Of a DNA stretch of 49,305 bases, positions 25,338-33,817 are shown piece by piece; within the stretch, counting starts at the first letter, position 1; each line of letters opens with the position of its first letter. The notes below the pieces were generated by a model that did not search any database, had not been told where the DNA came from, and saw only the letters and a list, made by a program, of their open reading frames with translations. Both the position numbers and the translations under genes were made by a program. The stretch is from Candidatus Dormibacteria bacterium (GTDB taxonomy: Bacteria; Chloroflexota; Dormibacteria; DASZGP01). Location: contig JBHEMP010000064.1 of assembly GCA_046262515.1 (NCBI GenBank), forward strand, positions 1 through 49,305. Direction: 5' to 3'.

Positions 25338-25669
25338 GCCTTAGCGTCCGGTGCGAGCTGGACGGCCGGTGGGTCCGGTCAGGTCCGTCCGTCCAGTGTG
25401 CGGCACAGGTGTTCAGAGTCCTGGTCTGGCGGCCATTCGGGAACCAAAGTCTTTGGGTAGTACCCCCCTACGACTCTCTTGTTGACTGTCAGGGTTCGAC
25501 CTGACGCATCCCCCGCCAGGCCCCCGCGCCTATCGAGGGAGCGAGCCGCTGGCGGTCCAGTGGGGGAAGTAGACGGGAGCCGGCGGTCCAGCGAGAGGAC
25601 ACTGCTGGGCCATGGAAGGCAGCCCATATTGCGCCCGAGGAACTTCGCGGTGCCCGCCGGAGGCGCACC

Positions 25670-26392
25670 ATGTCATTGACGGCGCTGGCGGTCGAGCACG
25701 TTCAAAAGCGCTATGGGATGCGCGGACCCTTCGCGCTGGACGATGTGAGCCTTCATGTGAGTGAAGGTGAGGTCGTTTCCCTGATCGGGCCGAACGGCGC
25801 AGGGAAGACAACTCTGGTGAAACTTGTGGCGGGGCTCCTACGTCCGACGGCGGGAAGTATTGGCATTATGGGACGGCCTAAAATGGACACGGCGACCGCC
25901 CGGTTGATCGGATATGCGCCGGAAGCTCCGCGCTTTCCGCCATTTCTCCGTGGAGATGAGCTCATCTACCATCTCGGACGAATGAAGGGCCTCTCCAAGA
26001 CGAGTGCTCGAGTTACGTCGCACGAATTGTTTTGCGCAGCCGGGCTAGAGGGGGAGCGAAAATGGATCAAAAGATACTCCAAGGGAATGAAGCAGCGTCT
26101 CGCTATTGCTCAGGCCCTCGTGTGCTCGCCTCGGCTGCTGATTCTTGATGAGCCAACATCAGACCTAGACCCCATCGGGAGACGCTGGGTGCGCGAGCTC
26201 ATTCGTAATCAACGGGACAAGGGTACGGCGGTTCTCTTGAACAGCCACCTCCTCAGCGAGGTCGAGCTTGTCGCAGATCGGATCTGCTTTATTCGCGGCG
26301 GCAAGATTGTGAAGGCCGGGACGACTTCTGAGCTGACAGCCGGCGGTCTGTCGCTGGAGGACGCGTACGTGGATGTGATGACGCCACCGTGA
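25670..26392 (+). CDS. ABC transporter ATP-binding protein (ABC-2 / immunity-type)
   Basis: RBS GGAGG 6 nt upstream. Walker A GPNGAGKTT, signature YSKGMKQRLAIAQAL, Walker B LILDEPTSDLD, H-loop NSH. Confidence 0.9.
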   Translation: MSLTALAVEHVQKRYGMRGPFALDDVSLHVSEGEVVSLIGPNGAGKTTLVKLVAGLLRPTAGSIGIMGRPKMDTATARLIGYAPEAPRFPPFLRGDELIYHLGRMKGLSKTSARVTSHELFCAAGLEGERKWIKRYSKGMKQRLAIAQALVCSPRLLILDEPTSDLDPIGRRWVRELIRNQRDKGTAVLLNSHLLSEVELVADRICFIRGGKIVKAGTTSELTAGGLSLEDAYVDVMTPP

Positions 26393-27252
26393 CCACGCGA
26401 TGGCACCGCGACTTGGCAGTGAGCACTCAAGTCACAGCGATTTCATCCAAACACCTCTACCGGCGCCGCGGTCTCCTCATACTGCCGCTGCTCGAAACCC
26501 TCGTCGTGGTTGTGTACGCAATTGAGGGTGCGTCACGCCCGCTCGACGGCGCCACCAGACAAGCGGCGGTTGCGATCAGCGTCGCACGATTTTCGACGGT
26601 GATCGGCCCGGTGACATTACTGGTCGGCGGACTCGTTGCGATATGGTTGCTGCTGCCAGATATCCAGGAGCAGAGCTCGGCGCTCTTCGTTATGGCAGCG
26701 GGTCGACCAGAGCGTTATTTTGCGAGCAAGTTCGCATCAACCCTGATCTTGGCCACGGTAGCTCTCCTGCCCGCCATTCTCGGCTTTCTGGCTCTCGCTG
26801 TTTATGCTGGTGTTCCCGACACGGGCTCGGCGACGACACTGCTCCTGACGGACACCGTTTTGAACGTCGTCATCCTTGTCAGCCTTCTATTTGCTCTGGG
26901 GATGCTCCTCGATCCGATTGTCGCGGCCACTGCAGCCGCTGCACTCTTTGGTGTCGGCTCCGCCTTCGACTATCTTTGGCAATTGCGGCCGGTCGGCCGG
27001 CCATATGGCGGGTACGCTCTCATCAGCTACGTCCGCTGGATAGTGCCAGATCCCCTGGGAAATGATTTTTCTCGTTTTTATCTCGCGGCTTATACGACGC
27101 ATGCGCTTCCACCCGGCAGTCGGGCAGCGTTCATGGCAGGGATTGTCCAGACCCTTCATCAAAGCGCCTCGTGGGACTACTGGCACGCGTTTGCTGTGGT
27201 CGCCGTCGCAACCGCGACAGGCGTTCTGTTCGCGCGCTTCCGCACTTTCTAA
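26389..27252 (+). CDS. Integral membrane protein, putative ABC permease subunit 1
   Basis: GTGA overlap with the ATPase gene. There are 6 or more hydrophobic helices. The N-terminal cytoplasmic motif is KHLYRRRGLLILPLL. Confidence 0.7.
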   Translation: MTTRWHRDLAVSTQVTAISSKHLYRRRGLLILPLLETLVVVVYAIEGASRPLDGATRQAAVAISVARFSTVIGPVTLLVGGLVAIWLLLPDIQEQSSALFVMAAGRPERYFASKFASTLILATVALLPAILGFLALAVYAGVPDTGSATTLLLTDTVLNVVILVSLLFALGMLLDPIVAATAAAALFGVGSAFDYLWQLRPVGRPYGGYALISYVRWIVPDPLGNDFSRFYLAAYTTHALPPGSRAAFMAGIVQTLHQSASWDYWHAFAVVAVATATGVLFARFRTF

Positions 27253-27259
27253 CCGGCCG

Positions 27260-28051
27260 TTGCTCGCCGCCGCCCGCGCGGGATTGTTGATTCGACTCAA
27301 GGACGCTTACCGCCGCCGGTCTCTGATGGCACTGGCGCTGATAGGTGTCGCGTATGCAGCCCTGTTCCCGAATATCTTTCGAATCGCCGGGGGGCCAGCA
27401 GCGTCCCGCCCACAAATTAACGCGTTCATGTCCCCGTTCGTGATTGGCTTCGGCCCTGTGTGCTTGATGCTAGCGTTGGCCACGACGGCCATTCTGACGA
27501 TCAGTGAAGTCGACGAGGAAATCTGTTGCTTCACGTTCGCAGTTTCAGGGGCGCGGGAGGGGCAGGCGTTGGCCCGGTACGTTGCCACTTTGATCGCAGT
27601 GATTGCCGTCGTCACTCCCGCAATCGGTTTGGAGGCGGCGGGCCTCATCGTGGTGACTGCGGCACGTGTGCAAACAGTGTTTAGCCTAATGGTGGCGATC
27701 TGGCTTGACGCGGTCCTGATCGGAGCTCTGGCCGCGGCAGTCGGGTGGCTGCTCGGCGGGGCGCTCGGCGCGTTCTGCGCTGCGGGGTACGCCGGTGCCA
27801 TAACGGCATTCGGTAGCATGCTCCAGTCCCACGCTTCGACCTGGCGGCCGCTTACGGAGGTGCGCGCCGGCGCGAATGCAGTGCTGCCTCGAATGTTGTC
27901 AACGTCTGTCGCCTCAGAGTACCTGACCTCGGTCTCTGGCGGCCACATTCTTTCACTGCTTCCGGGTTTGCCTGATGAGGTGCGAGTCGGTGGGGCCATC
28001 ATCATCGGCGCAGTCGTAGCAATGTTGGCAGCGCGCTGGCGCGAGTTTTAG
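27260..28051 (+). CDS. Integral membrane protein, putative ABC permease subunit 2 (paralogue of subunit 1)
   Basis: TTG at 27260 lies 8 nt after the previous stop, and ATG 27326 is an alternative start. The N-terminal motif KDAYRRRSLMALALI parallels subunit 1. Multiple TM helices are present. The track start at 27062 lies inside the previous gene. Confidence 0.65.
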   Translation: MLAAARAGLLIRLKDAYRRRSLMALALIGVAYAALFPNIFRIAGGPAASRPQINAFMSPFVIGFGPVCLMLALATTAILTISEVDEEICCFTFAVSGAREGQALARYVATLIAVIAVVTPAIGLEAAGLIVVTAARVQTVFSLMVAIWLDAVLIGALAAAVGWLLGGALGAFCAAGYAGAITAFGSMLQSHASTWRPLTEVRAGANAVLPRMLSTSVASEYLTSVSGGHILSLLPGLPDEVRVGGAIIIGAVVAMLAARWREF

Positions 28052-28213
28052 GGGTCCGTTGCCAGATTCCACCTCGGTCTCGGGGGTGCTCGTGAGACTC
28101 GGGTTTGTGGGCCGGTGACCTGGGCTTCGCGGTAGAGCGCGAGGGTCTGGGCCAGCCAACGGCGGCTGCAACTCACGCTGCGGCGCATCCGGGGTGAACA
28201 GCGAGACCCGAGG

Positions 28214-28831
28214 TCAGGTGCCCGGCCTCGCCCGAGCCGCCACATGCTCCTCAAACGTGGACCCACTCCCTCCCTGCGTGGTCTTCATCGTCTCCAGCAC
28301 CGGGCTGTCGTGGGCCTCGGCCAGCCTCCGGATGTCCTCGTTGACCCAGCGCAGAAAGTCCAGCTTGTCGCGCGCGGTGGCGGTGGCGTCGCCGCCGCTG
28401 GTCTCGAGTTCCAGCCACCAGACGTAGGCCGCGGCGCAGGCCTCGACCAGGAGGCGGTTCTCCCACCAGCCATTCTCGACCTGGACCCCGTACTTCCCCA
28501 GGTGACCAACGAACCACCGCAGTGCCTCCCACCATTCGCGCACCTCAGCACCCTCGAGGTACCCATCCGACCAGGGTGGCCCCGTGGCCTGTCCAAGGGT
28601 TGTTGCCGCCCCCTGCTCTGCGCCCCGGCGGCGCAGTCGTCTGAGCTCACGCTCGGTGACGCGCAGCTGTACGCGCAGATTCTCGACCTCTTTGGCGGTG
28701 GTGGCGCCATGGCTCAGCGCGTCGCGCAGCATGTCGCCGGCGTGCGCGGTCCGGGTCTTGCCCAGCGCCAGCGCCTGGGACTGCAGTTCAGCGTGATCCT
28801 GGTCGGTTATCGAGACGGAGAACTTGGGCAT
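28214..28831 (-). CDS. Ribbon-helix-helix (CopG/TrwA/MobC-like) protein with a Trp-rich C-terminal domain
   Basis: The N-terminus MPKFSVSITDQDHAELQSQALALGKTRTAHAGDMLRDAL fits a beta-strand-helix-helix RHH pattern. The gene sits next to the relaxase remnant. Confidence 0.65.
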   Translation of the reverse strand: MPKFSVSITDQDHAELQSQALALGKTRTAHAGDMLRDALSHGATTAKEVENLRVQLRVTERELRRLRRRGAEQGAATTLGQATGPPWSDGYLEGAEVREWWEALRWFVGHLGKYGVQVENGWWENRLLVEACAAAYVWWLELETSGGDATATARDKLDFLRWVNEDIRRLAEAHDSPVLETMKTTQGGSGSTFEEHVAARARPGT

Positions 28832-28832
28832 C

Positions 28833-29121
28833 TCAGCGCTCTATCCCGCGGTCCCGCGCATGGTCTCGCCGGCGCTGCATGTCCTGCAGCAGGCGCGCGG
28901 CGTGGTCGTCCCTTCGCAGGGGGGTCAGTGGCCTCGCGCTCGCGACGAATCGCACGCCGTAACTGCGACATCTCGGTCAGCTCCCTCATCTGCAGGTGTC
29001 CGTCCTTGATCCGCTTCTCGGCAAGCTCATCAAGTCGCTGCGTAAGCCGGTCCTCACGCGGTGAACGCACGCGCTCCTGCGCAACCTCCTTGGTCTTTGT
29101 GACCTCCAACTGCCGGTCCAT
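28833..29121 (-). pseudogene. Small charged coiled-coil ORF interrupted by a frameshift at a G6/C6 homopolymer
   Basis: The frame MDRQLEVTKTKEVAQERVRSPREDRLTQRLDELAEKRIKDGHLQMRELTEMSQLRRAIRREREATD looks protein-like. After the C6 run (plus-strand G6 at 28919-28924), the plausible continuation PLRRDDHAARLLQDMQRRRDHARDRGIER-stop is in another frame. That frame ends 1 nt before the RHH gene ATG. Confidence 0.35.
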
Positions 29122-30585
29122 CCGCCGCGCTCCTCAAGCTCCCGCCGGCGTGCCTGCGCCTGGCGTACGGGAGTGTGCTCGAGCGCTGGCGCCCTGAGCA
29201 GGGCGGCCTCGCGGGCGCGCTCGCTGCGCTGCTCGTGGGTGGCCGCAAGGTACTCAATGGACGCCTGCTTCTGGTGGCTGCGGCTGACCCGGGCCCTTAG
29301 GTCTTCCAGAGCCTCCGGCCGGATCTCGTCCGCCTCAAGATCCTCCCGCGAGACGAAGATGTCGGTGCGCTCGGTGGCCCGGCTCATGGCCACATACGCG
29401 CGCTCCCTGTCGGTCTGCCAGCCGCCACAGCTGACCAGGGCGTGGCTGACGGTCGCCCCCTGGGCTTTGAAGACGTGCACCGCGTAGGCCAGCTCGAGCC
29501 CCTGCAGCTGCTCGGCACGCACCGTGATCTCGCGCGGCATAGCCTCCTCGGTGCGGATCCGCACTGCCTCGCCGGCTTCTGAGACCGCCAGGATCTCCCC
29601 TCGCGTGCCGTTCTCAACCCGCTGTGTCCCGGGCCCAAGGTAGAGCTGGGCCGAGAACATCACCCGGTCGCCGACATGCAGCTGATACGGCTTGCCCTCA
29701 AGCTCCACCGCCTCTTTGCCAAGCTCCCCCGCTACGATCCGGTGCGCCTGGGTCAGGGCGTTGAGCGCATCGCGCTCACGGCTGCTGGCGTCGGTGACCA
29801 TCAGGAGGTGGCGGAGATCCCTCGATTCCTCCCCCGCCGCCAGCCGCGCCTCACTCCAGGCCTTGGCCATCGCGGTGTGCACCGCGGCCCGGTCATCCTG
29901 CACGTGCAGCCGATCCCGCGCCCCATACTCCGCCAGCGCCAGGCCGTTCCGAAGCATCCACCAGGCCTCCCGCTCCCAGCCCGCCTTCGCCCGCCGCGCC
30001 TCGGTCAGCTCAGCCCTGGGTACAGCCTTTGCAGTCGTTGGGAAGAGCCCGCCAGCCTCAATTGGGTTGAGCTGGGCCTGATCCCCGACCAGAATGCACC
30101 TGGCCCCCCTTGCCATCGATGGTCTCAAACAGAGCGCCATCCGCCGATGGTCAAGCATCCCCGCCTCATCCACCACCACCACCGACCGCGGACCGAGTGC
30201 AAGCCGCCCCAGCTCCACCCGCTCGACCAGCGCCTCAAGGGTCATCGCCTCAATTCCTGCGTCATTGCCAAGCCTCACCGCAGTCGCCCCTGCCAGCGCC
30301 ACCCCGATACCCGCTCCCCCTGCGCCTCAAATGCCCTGGGCGCCCCCCTTATCACCGTTCGCTTGCCACTGCCAGCCTGCCCCACCAGCACCACCGCGCC
30401 AGCCCCTGAGCACAGAAGCTCAAGCGCTGACCGCTGCTCCGCCGACAACACACCCCGTGCTCTGCCTCAACGGCCCTCCGAACTTTCTCCAGGGCCTGCG
30501 GCTTACGGCCATGTGCTCCCGCGCCGGGGCCCGTCCCACCTGTGCCATTACCAGCTGCTCGACCTCACGGATGGGGCGGCTGGTG
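28986..30585 (-). pseudogene. MobF/TraA(TrwC)-type relaxase remnant: RecD-like helicase domain only, with 2 or more frameshifts and no N-terminal relaxase domain
   Basis: Helicase motifs VVVDEAGMLD, ILVGDQAQLNPIEAGG, AYAVHVFKAQGATV and YVAMSRATERTDIFV are present. The Walker A segment LVGQAGSGKRTVIRG (30362-30384) lies in a different frame from the downstream GVALAGATAVRLG. A further shift occurs near 30445-30456. An in-frame stop near 30585 directly abuts the next gene. Confidence 0.7.
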
Positions 30586-30618
30586 TCCCAGCGATTCTAT
30601 GTCACCTAAACTGGTGAC

Positions 30619-31101
30619 ATGTCCGACTCGCTGATGCGCCGCCTCGTGGCGCTGCTCCTTGAAGATCGTCGCGGAGTTCACGTCCGTGAGGCTGCCCGTC
30701 GGGTCAGTGCCGCGGCCGCGCCAACCGCGCGCGCTCTTCAGGCTATGGAGCGCCAGGGCTGGGCCATTTCAGAAACAGTCGGTCGGCGCCGCGTGTATCG
30801 GTGGGCCAACACCCAGCAGGCGCGCGCCGCCGCCGTCCTCCACGGACCGGCCACGTCCTCGCCCCCAAGTACGCCCGTGCCCTACTTCGCCTGGGACCTG
30901 GCCGTCGACTGGGAGGGTTTTCGCCTCATGCTGCGCTCGCCGCATGACGACACCCGCAGGCTGGCACTCACACGGCTCCTGACCGCCGGCAAATGGAGTG
31001 ACATCTGGCACCTCGTCACCCTCCAGGCCGTGGCCCGTGACATCGATGCCCTGAAGATCCCCCGCCAGCAAGCCTGGCATTCGCTGGTGCGCGGTGCCTA
31101 G
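30619..31101 (+). CDS. Winged-helix transcriptional regulator, AbiEi-like antitoxin candidate
   Basis: The N-terminal wHTH-like segment is LVALLLEDRRGVHVREAARRVSAAAAPTARALQAMERQGWAISETVGRRRVYRW. It overlaps the downstream AbiEii-like gene by 8 nt. Confidence 0.6.
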   Translation: MSDSLMRRLVALLLEDRRGVHVREAARRVSAAAAPTARALQAMERQGWAISETVGRRRVYRWANTQQARAAAVLHGPATSSPPSTPVPYFAWDLAVDWEGFRLMLRSPHDDTRRLALTRLLTAGKWSDIWHLVTLQAVARDIDALKIPRQQAWHSLVRGA

Positions 31102-31828
31102 CCCCATCGCCCACGGCACCCTCACCCCTCTGCAGCACGCCGTTCTGACGGCCTGCTTCCGGGTGCCCGGCGCGGATGCCTTCGCGCTTTACGGCGGCAC
31201 TGGACTCACTGAGTACTACAGCGGGCATCGGCTCAGCCAGGACATCGGGCTCTTCACGCTGATTCCAGAGCTCGTCCGACCGTTTGCCCGCGCCCTCGAG
31301 GCTCAGGTTCCGGTCCTGGTCCCGGGAACAGCCGTGCAGACCACCGTGACCAGCGGCATGTTCAGCTCGTTCGCGGTCACCCGCTCCGGCGGGGAGAACA
31401 TCAAGCTCGAGGTCGGAGTTGCGGATCCACCATCTCTTGGACTCGACGAGGAGGTGGAAGGTATTCGAGTGGCTTCACTCCGAGACATCGCGGCCGGGAA
31501 GGCCCACGCGCTCTGCGATCGAGACGACCCCAAGGACGCGATAGACCTGTGGGCTGTCGACAAGCTCCTGGGTGTCAGCATGGGCGCGGTCCGCGACGAC
31601 CTCTTTGCCAAGGACGCCGGCCTCGCCGAGGCGCCCCTGGCCTGGTATGAAGCCTTCCGGCGTCAGGCGGACCGGGAGGTGACCGTGCCGCCGGAACTGG
31701 AGCGGATGATGCTGATCGAGGCTGACCCCCAGCAAATCAAGAGCTTTCTCAGCTCCACGGCGGAGACGATCCGGATCGAGCTCCTCGCCCAGGCGCGCAC
31801 TCAGTCGGCGCCGGGCCTATTGGATTAG
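31094..31828 (+). CDS. Nucleotidyltransferase, AbiEii/AbiGii (DUF1814) toxin-family protein
   Basis: The segment FALYGGTGLTEYYSGHRLSQDIGLF matches the family's GGTAL…R.S.D[IL]D[LF] NTase motif, except that Gly replaces the second Asp. The later segment AAGKAHALCDRDDPKDAIDLWAV matches the K…R…RD..D. motif. Confidence 0.7.
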   Translation: MPSPIAHGTLTPLQHAVLTACFRVPGADAFALYGGTGLTEYYSGHRLSQDIGLFTLIPELVRPFARALEAQVPVLVPGTAVQTTVTSGMFSSFAVTRSGGENIKLEVGVADPPSLGLDEEVEGIRVASLRDIAAGKAHALCDRDDPKDAIDLWAVDKLLGVSMGAVRDDLFAKDAGLAEAPLAWYEAFRRQADREVTVPPELERMMLIEADPQQIKSFLSSTAETIRIELLAQARTQSAPGLLD

Positions 31829-33708
31829 CGCACTAGCTCGGGCTGGTGGACGCGCCCGCCCAGCAACTCGGCGAAGAACTCCTCCATCGCCGAGTAGATC
31901 TCGAGCCGGTTCTCGGGGTTCACAAACCCGTGGCCCTCGTCGTCCTTGACTATGTAGCGCACCTTCACGCCCCGCTTCTGTAGTGCCTCAACCAGCTGGT
32001 CGGACTCAAGCTTGGTGACGCGCGGGTCGTTGGCGCCCTGGAAGACCATCAGCGGGGTCTTGATCCGGTCGATGTAATTCAGCGGCGAGCGCTTGAGCAT
32101 GTCCTCACGGTCCTCGGGAACGTCGGGGTCGCCGACATAACGGAACCAGGTGGACTCCATGAACGGGCGCCAGTATGCCGGGAACGAGCGGATCAGGGTT
32201 TCCAGGCTTGACGGGCCGACGTAATCGATCGCGGCGGCGAACACGTCAGGCGTGAAAGTGACGCCGACCAGGGTGGCGTAGCCGCCATATGAGCCCCCGT
32301 AGATGCCAATCCGCGCGGGGTCCGCATAGCCCTTCTCGACGGCCCAGTTGACGGCGTCGATCAGGTCGTCGTGCATCTTGCCCGCGAACTCCTTTTCCGC
32401 CGCGTGCGTGAAGCTCTTGCCAAACCCGGTGGAGCCTCGGTAGTTCACCTGGAGCACGGCGTAGCCACGGTTGGCCAGGAACTGCACCTCCGGCTGCAGG
32501 GTCCACGCGTCCCGTGCCCAGGGTCCGCCGTGGACCAGCAGCACCATCGGCAGCCCGGCGGGTTCGAGGCCGACAGGCAGGGTGAGGTAGCAGGGAAGGC
32601 TGAGCCCATCCCGCGACTGGATTCGCACCGGGGTCATCGGCGCCAGCTCCTCGGGATGCATCCAGGGCCGGGGCCGGAACAGCAGCTCAGAGTCCTCTGA
32701 CTCGGTGTCGTACACGAAGGTGATGCCGGCGTCGCGGTCGTCGTTGAAATTGACCACCACCAGGCGCCAGTCGTCGGTATGAGATGTGATGTAGGGATCA
32801 CCGGGGTGTATGCGGCGAATCCCCGCATAGATCTTCTCGATCCGCTCGTCGAAGAAGTGCAGCTCCAGGCGGTCCTTGAGATAGGCGGTCATCTGTAGAT
32901 GGTGATCGTTGCGGTCCTCCATGGTGGCGAGGAGGTCGCTGCCCTCGTTGGCATCCAGGATGGTGAACTCCGCGGTGGCGGCGTTGATGCTCACCAGCCG
33001 CTTGCAATCGCTTTCCCAGGCGGTTCCCACCAACACGTTCGCGCCGTCGGCGTCGACGCCGTGGAGGTCGGCCTCGTCCTCGGTGTCGAAGGTTGCCAGG
33101 AGCCGGAAGTCCTCCGTCTCGTCGGCGCGCACATAGACCTCGTGCTTGCCCTCGGCGTTGGAGGCAGAGGCGGCGACGACGCGGCCCTTCGCATCGTGGG
33201 CAAAGGAGGCGAAACGGCCGGGGTTCTCGACCACCAGCTCCATCTCGCCCGTGGCCAGGTCCAGGCGGTGCAGGTCGAAGGCCGCGGCATCCCGGTTGTT
33301 GACCATGACCAGCGCCTTGCCCGGGGTCGCCGGGGGCTCAGCCACGATCATCGCGCGCGCCCCGGGGAACGGGGTCAGGTCCACGGGCTCCGACCCGGGC
33401 TGCGTCACATCCACTCGGAGGACGTGGTAGTTCTCGTCTCCGCCCTGGTCCTGCGGGTAGAGGATGAACCGGCTGTCGCGCGACCAGGAGTAACCCTGGA
33501 TCGGCCGCACATGGTCGTGGGTCAGGGCGCGGTCATCCGATTTTCCGCGGGTCCGGACCCAGACGTTGAGCTTTCCGCCGTCGGGGGCGAGGTAGGCGAT
33601 GTAGCGCCCGTCGGGCGATACGGTTCCGAGCGCCTTTTCCGGGTTATCGAAAAAATGACGCAGCGGTATCAGTGAAGCCGGCATGCTGTTTCCCCTTAGA
33701 GATTCCAT
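31825..33708 (-). CDS. S9-family serine peptidase (prolyl oligopeptidase / dipeptidyl aminopeptidase-like)
   Basis: An N-terminal beta-propeller-like region is followed by a C-terminal hydrolase domain. The hydrolase domain has the nucleophile motif GGSYGGYAT and the segments FQGANDPRV and DEGHGF. Confidence 0.9.
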   Translation of the reverse strand: MESLRGNSMPASLIPLRHFFDNPEKALGTVSPDGRYIAYLAPDGGKLNVWVRTRGKSDDRALTHDHVRPIQGYSWSRDSRFILYPQDQGGDENYHVLRVDVTQPGSEPVDLTPFPGARAMIVAEPPATPGKALVMVNNRDAAAFDLHRLDLATGEMELVVENPGRFASFAHDAKGRVVAASASNAEGKHEVYVRADETEDFRLLATFDTEDEADLHGVDADGANVLVGTAWESDCKRLVSINAATAEFTILDANEGSDLLATMEDRNDHHLQMTAYLKDRLELHFFDERIEKIYAGIRRIHPGDPYITSHTDDWRLVVVNFNDDRDAGITFVYDTESEDSELLFRPRPWMHPEELAPMTPVRIQSRDGLSLPCYLTLPVGLEPAGLPMVLLVHGGPWARDAWTLQPEVQFLANRGYAVLQVNYRGSTGFGKSFTHAAEKEFAGKMHDDLIDAVNWAVEKGYADPARIGIYGGSYGGYATLVGVTFTPDVFAAAIDYVGPSSLETLIRSFPAYWRPFMESTWFRYVGDPDVPEDREDMLKRSPLNYIDRIKTPLMVFQGANDPRVTKLESDQLVEALQKRGVKVRYIVKDDEGHGFVNPENRLEIYSAMEEFFAELLGGRVHQPELVR

Positions 33709-33793
33709 CCGTGGGGGGCCGGATCACGGCCCACCGTCGCGGGGATTCTAGATCGCGGAAAGCGCCCGCGGTGGCGAGGCGCCGGCGGAGCCG

Positions 33794-33812
33794 GGCGGGC
33801 AATGCGCCCGCC
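33794..33812 (-). terminator. GC-rich hairpin 5 nt downstream of the acyl-CoA dehydrogenase stop (candidate terminator, no U-tract)
   Basis: GGCGGGC-gcatt-GCCCGCC on the coding (minus) strand. Confidence 0.3.
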
Positions 33813-33817
33813 GCCTC

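Larger units (their letters stand above)
24450..28060 (+). other. Low-GC genomic island (4 genes, same strand)
   Basis: Hand counts give 25081-25140 = 28/60 G+C and 26701-26760 = 32/60 G+C. The adjacent core line 23401-23460 gives 48/60. The shift begins right after the VWA gene stop and ends near 28.05 kb. Confidence 0.7.
28214..30617 (-). mobile_element. Decayed conjugative/mobilisable-element remnant (relaxosome module)
   Basis: The RHH accessory protein, small coiled-coil ORF and frameshifted relaxase helicase domain lie on the same strand. No integrase, T4CP or intact relaxase domain occurs in the window. Confidence 0.55.

Noticed and set aside
25379-25811. Small ORFs (60-93 aa) on both strands between the Cys-rich protein gene and the island ABC ATPase
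   Set aside because: They have no RBS and an implausible Arg/Pro/Ser-rich composition. The region is better explained as a regulatory spacer containing the repeats described in the findings.
24450-28213. Direct repeats (att-like) flanking the low-GC island
   Set aside because: I compared 24450-24760 with 28052-28213 by eye and found only trivial similarity of 7 nt or less. A computational repeat search would be needed before claiming defined island borders.
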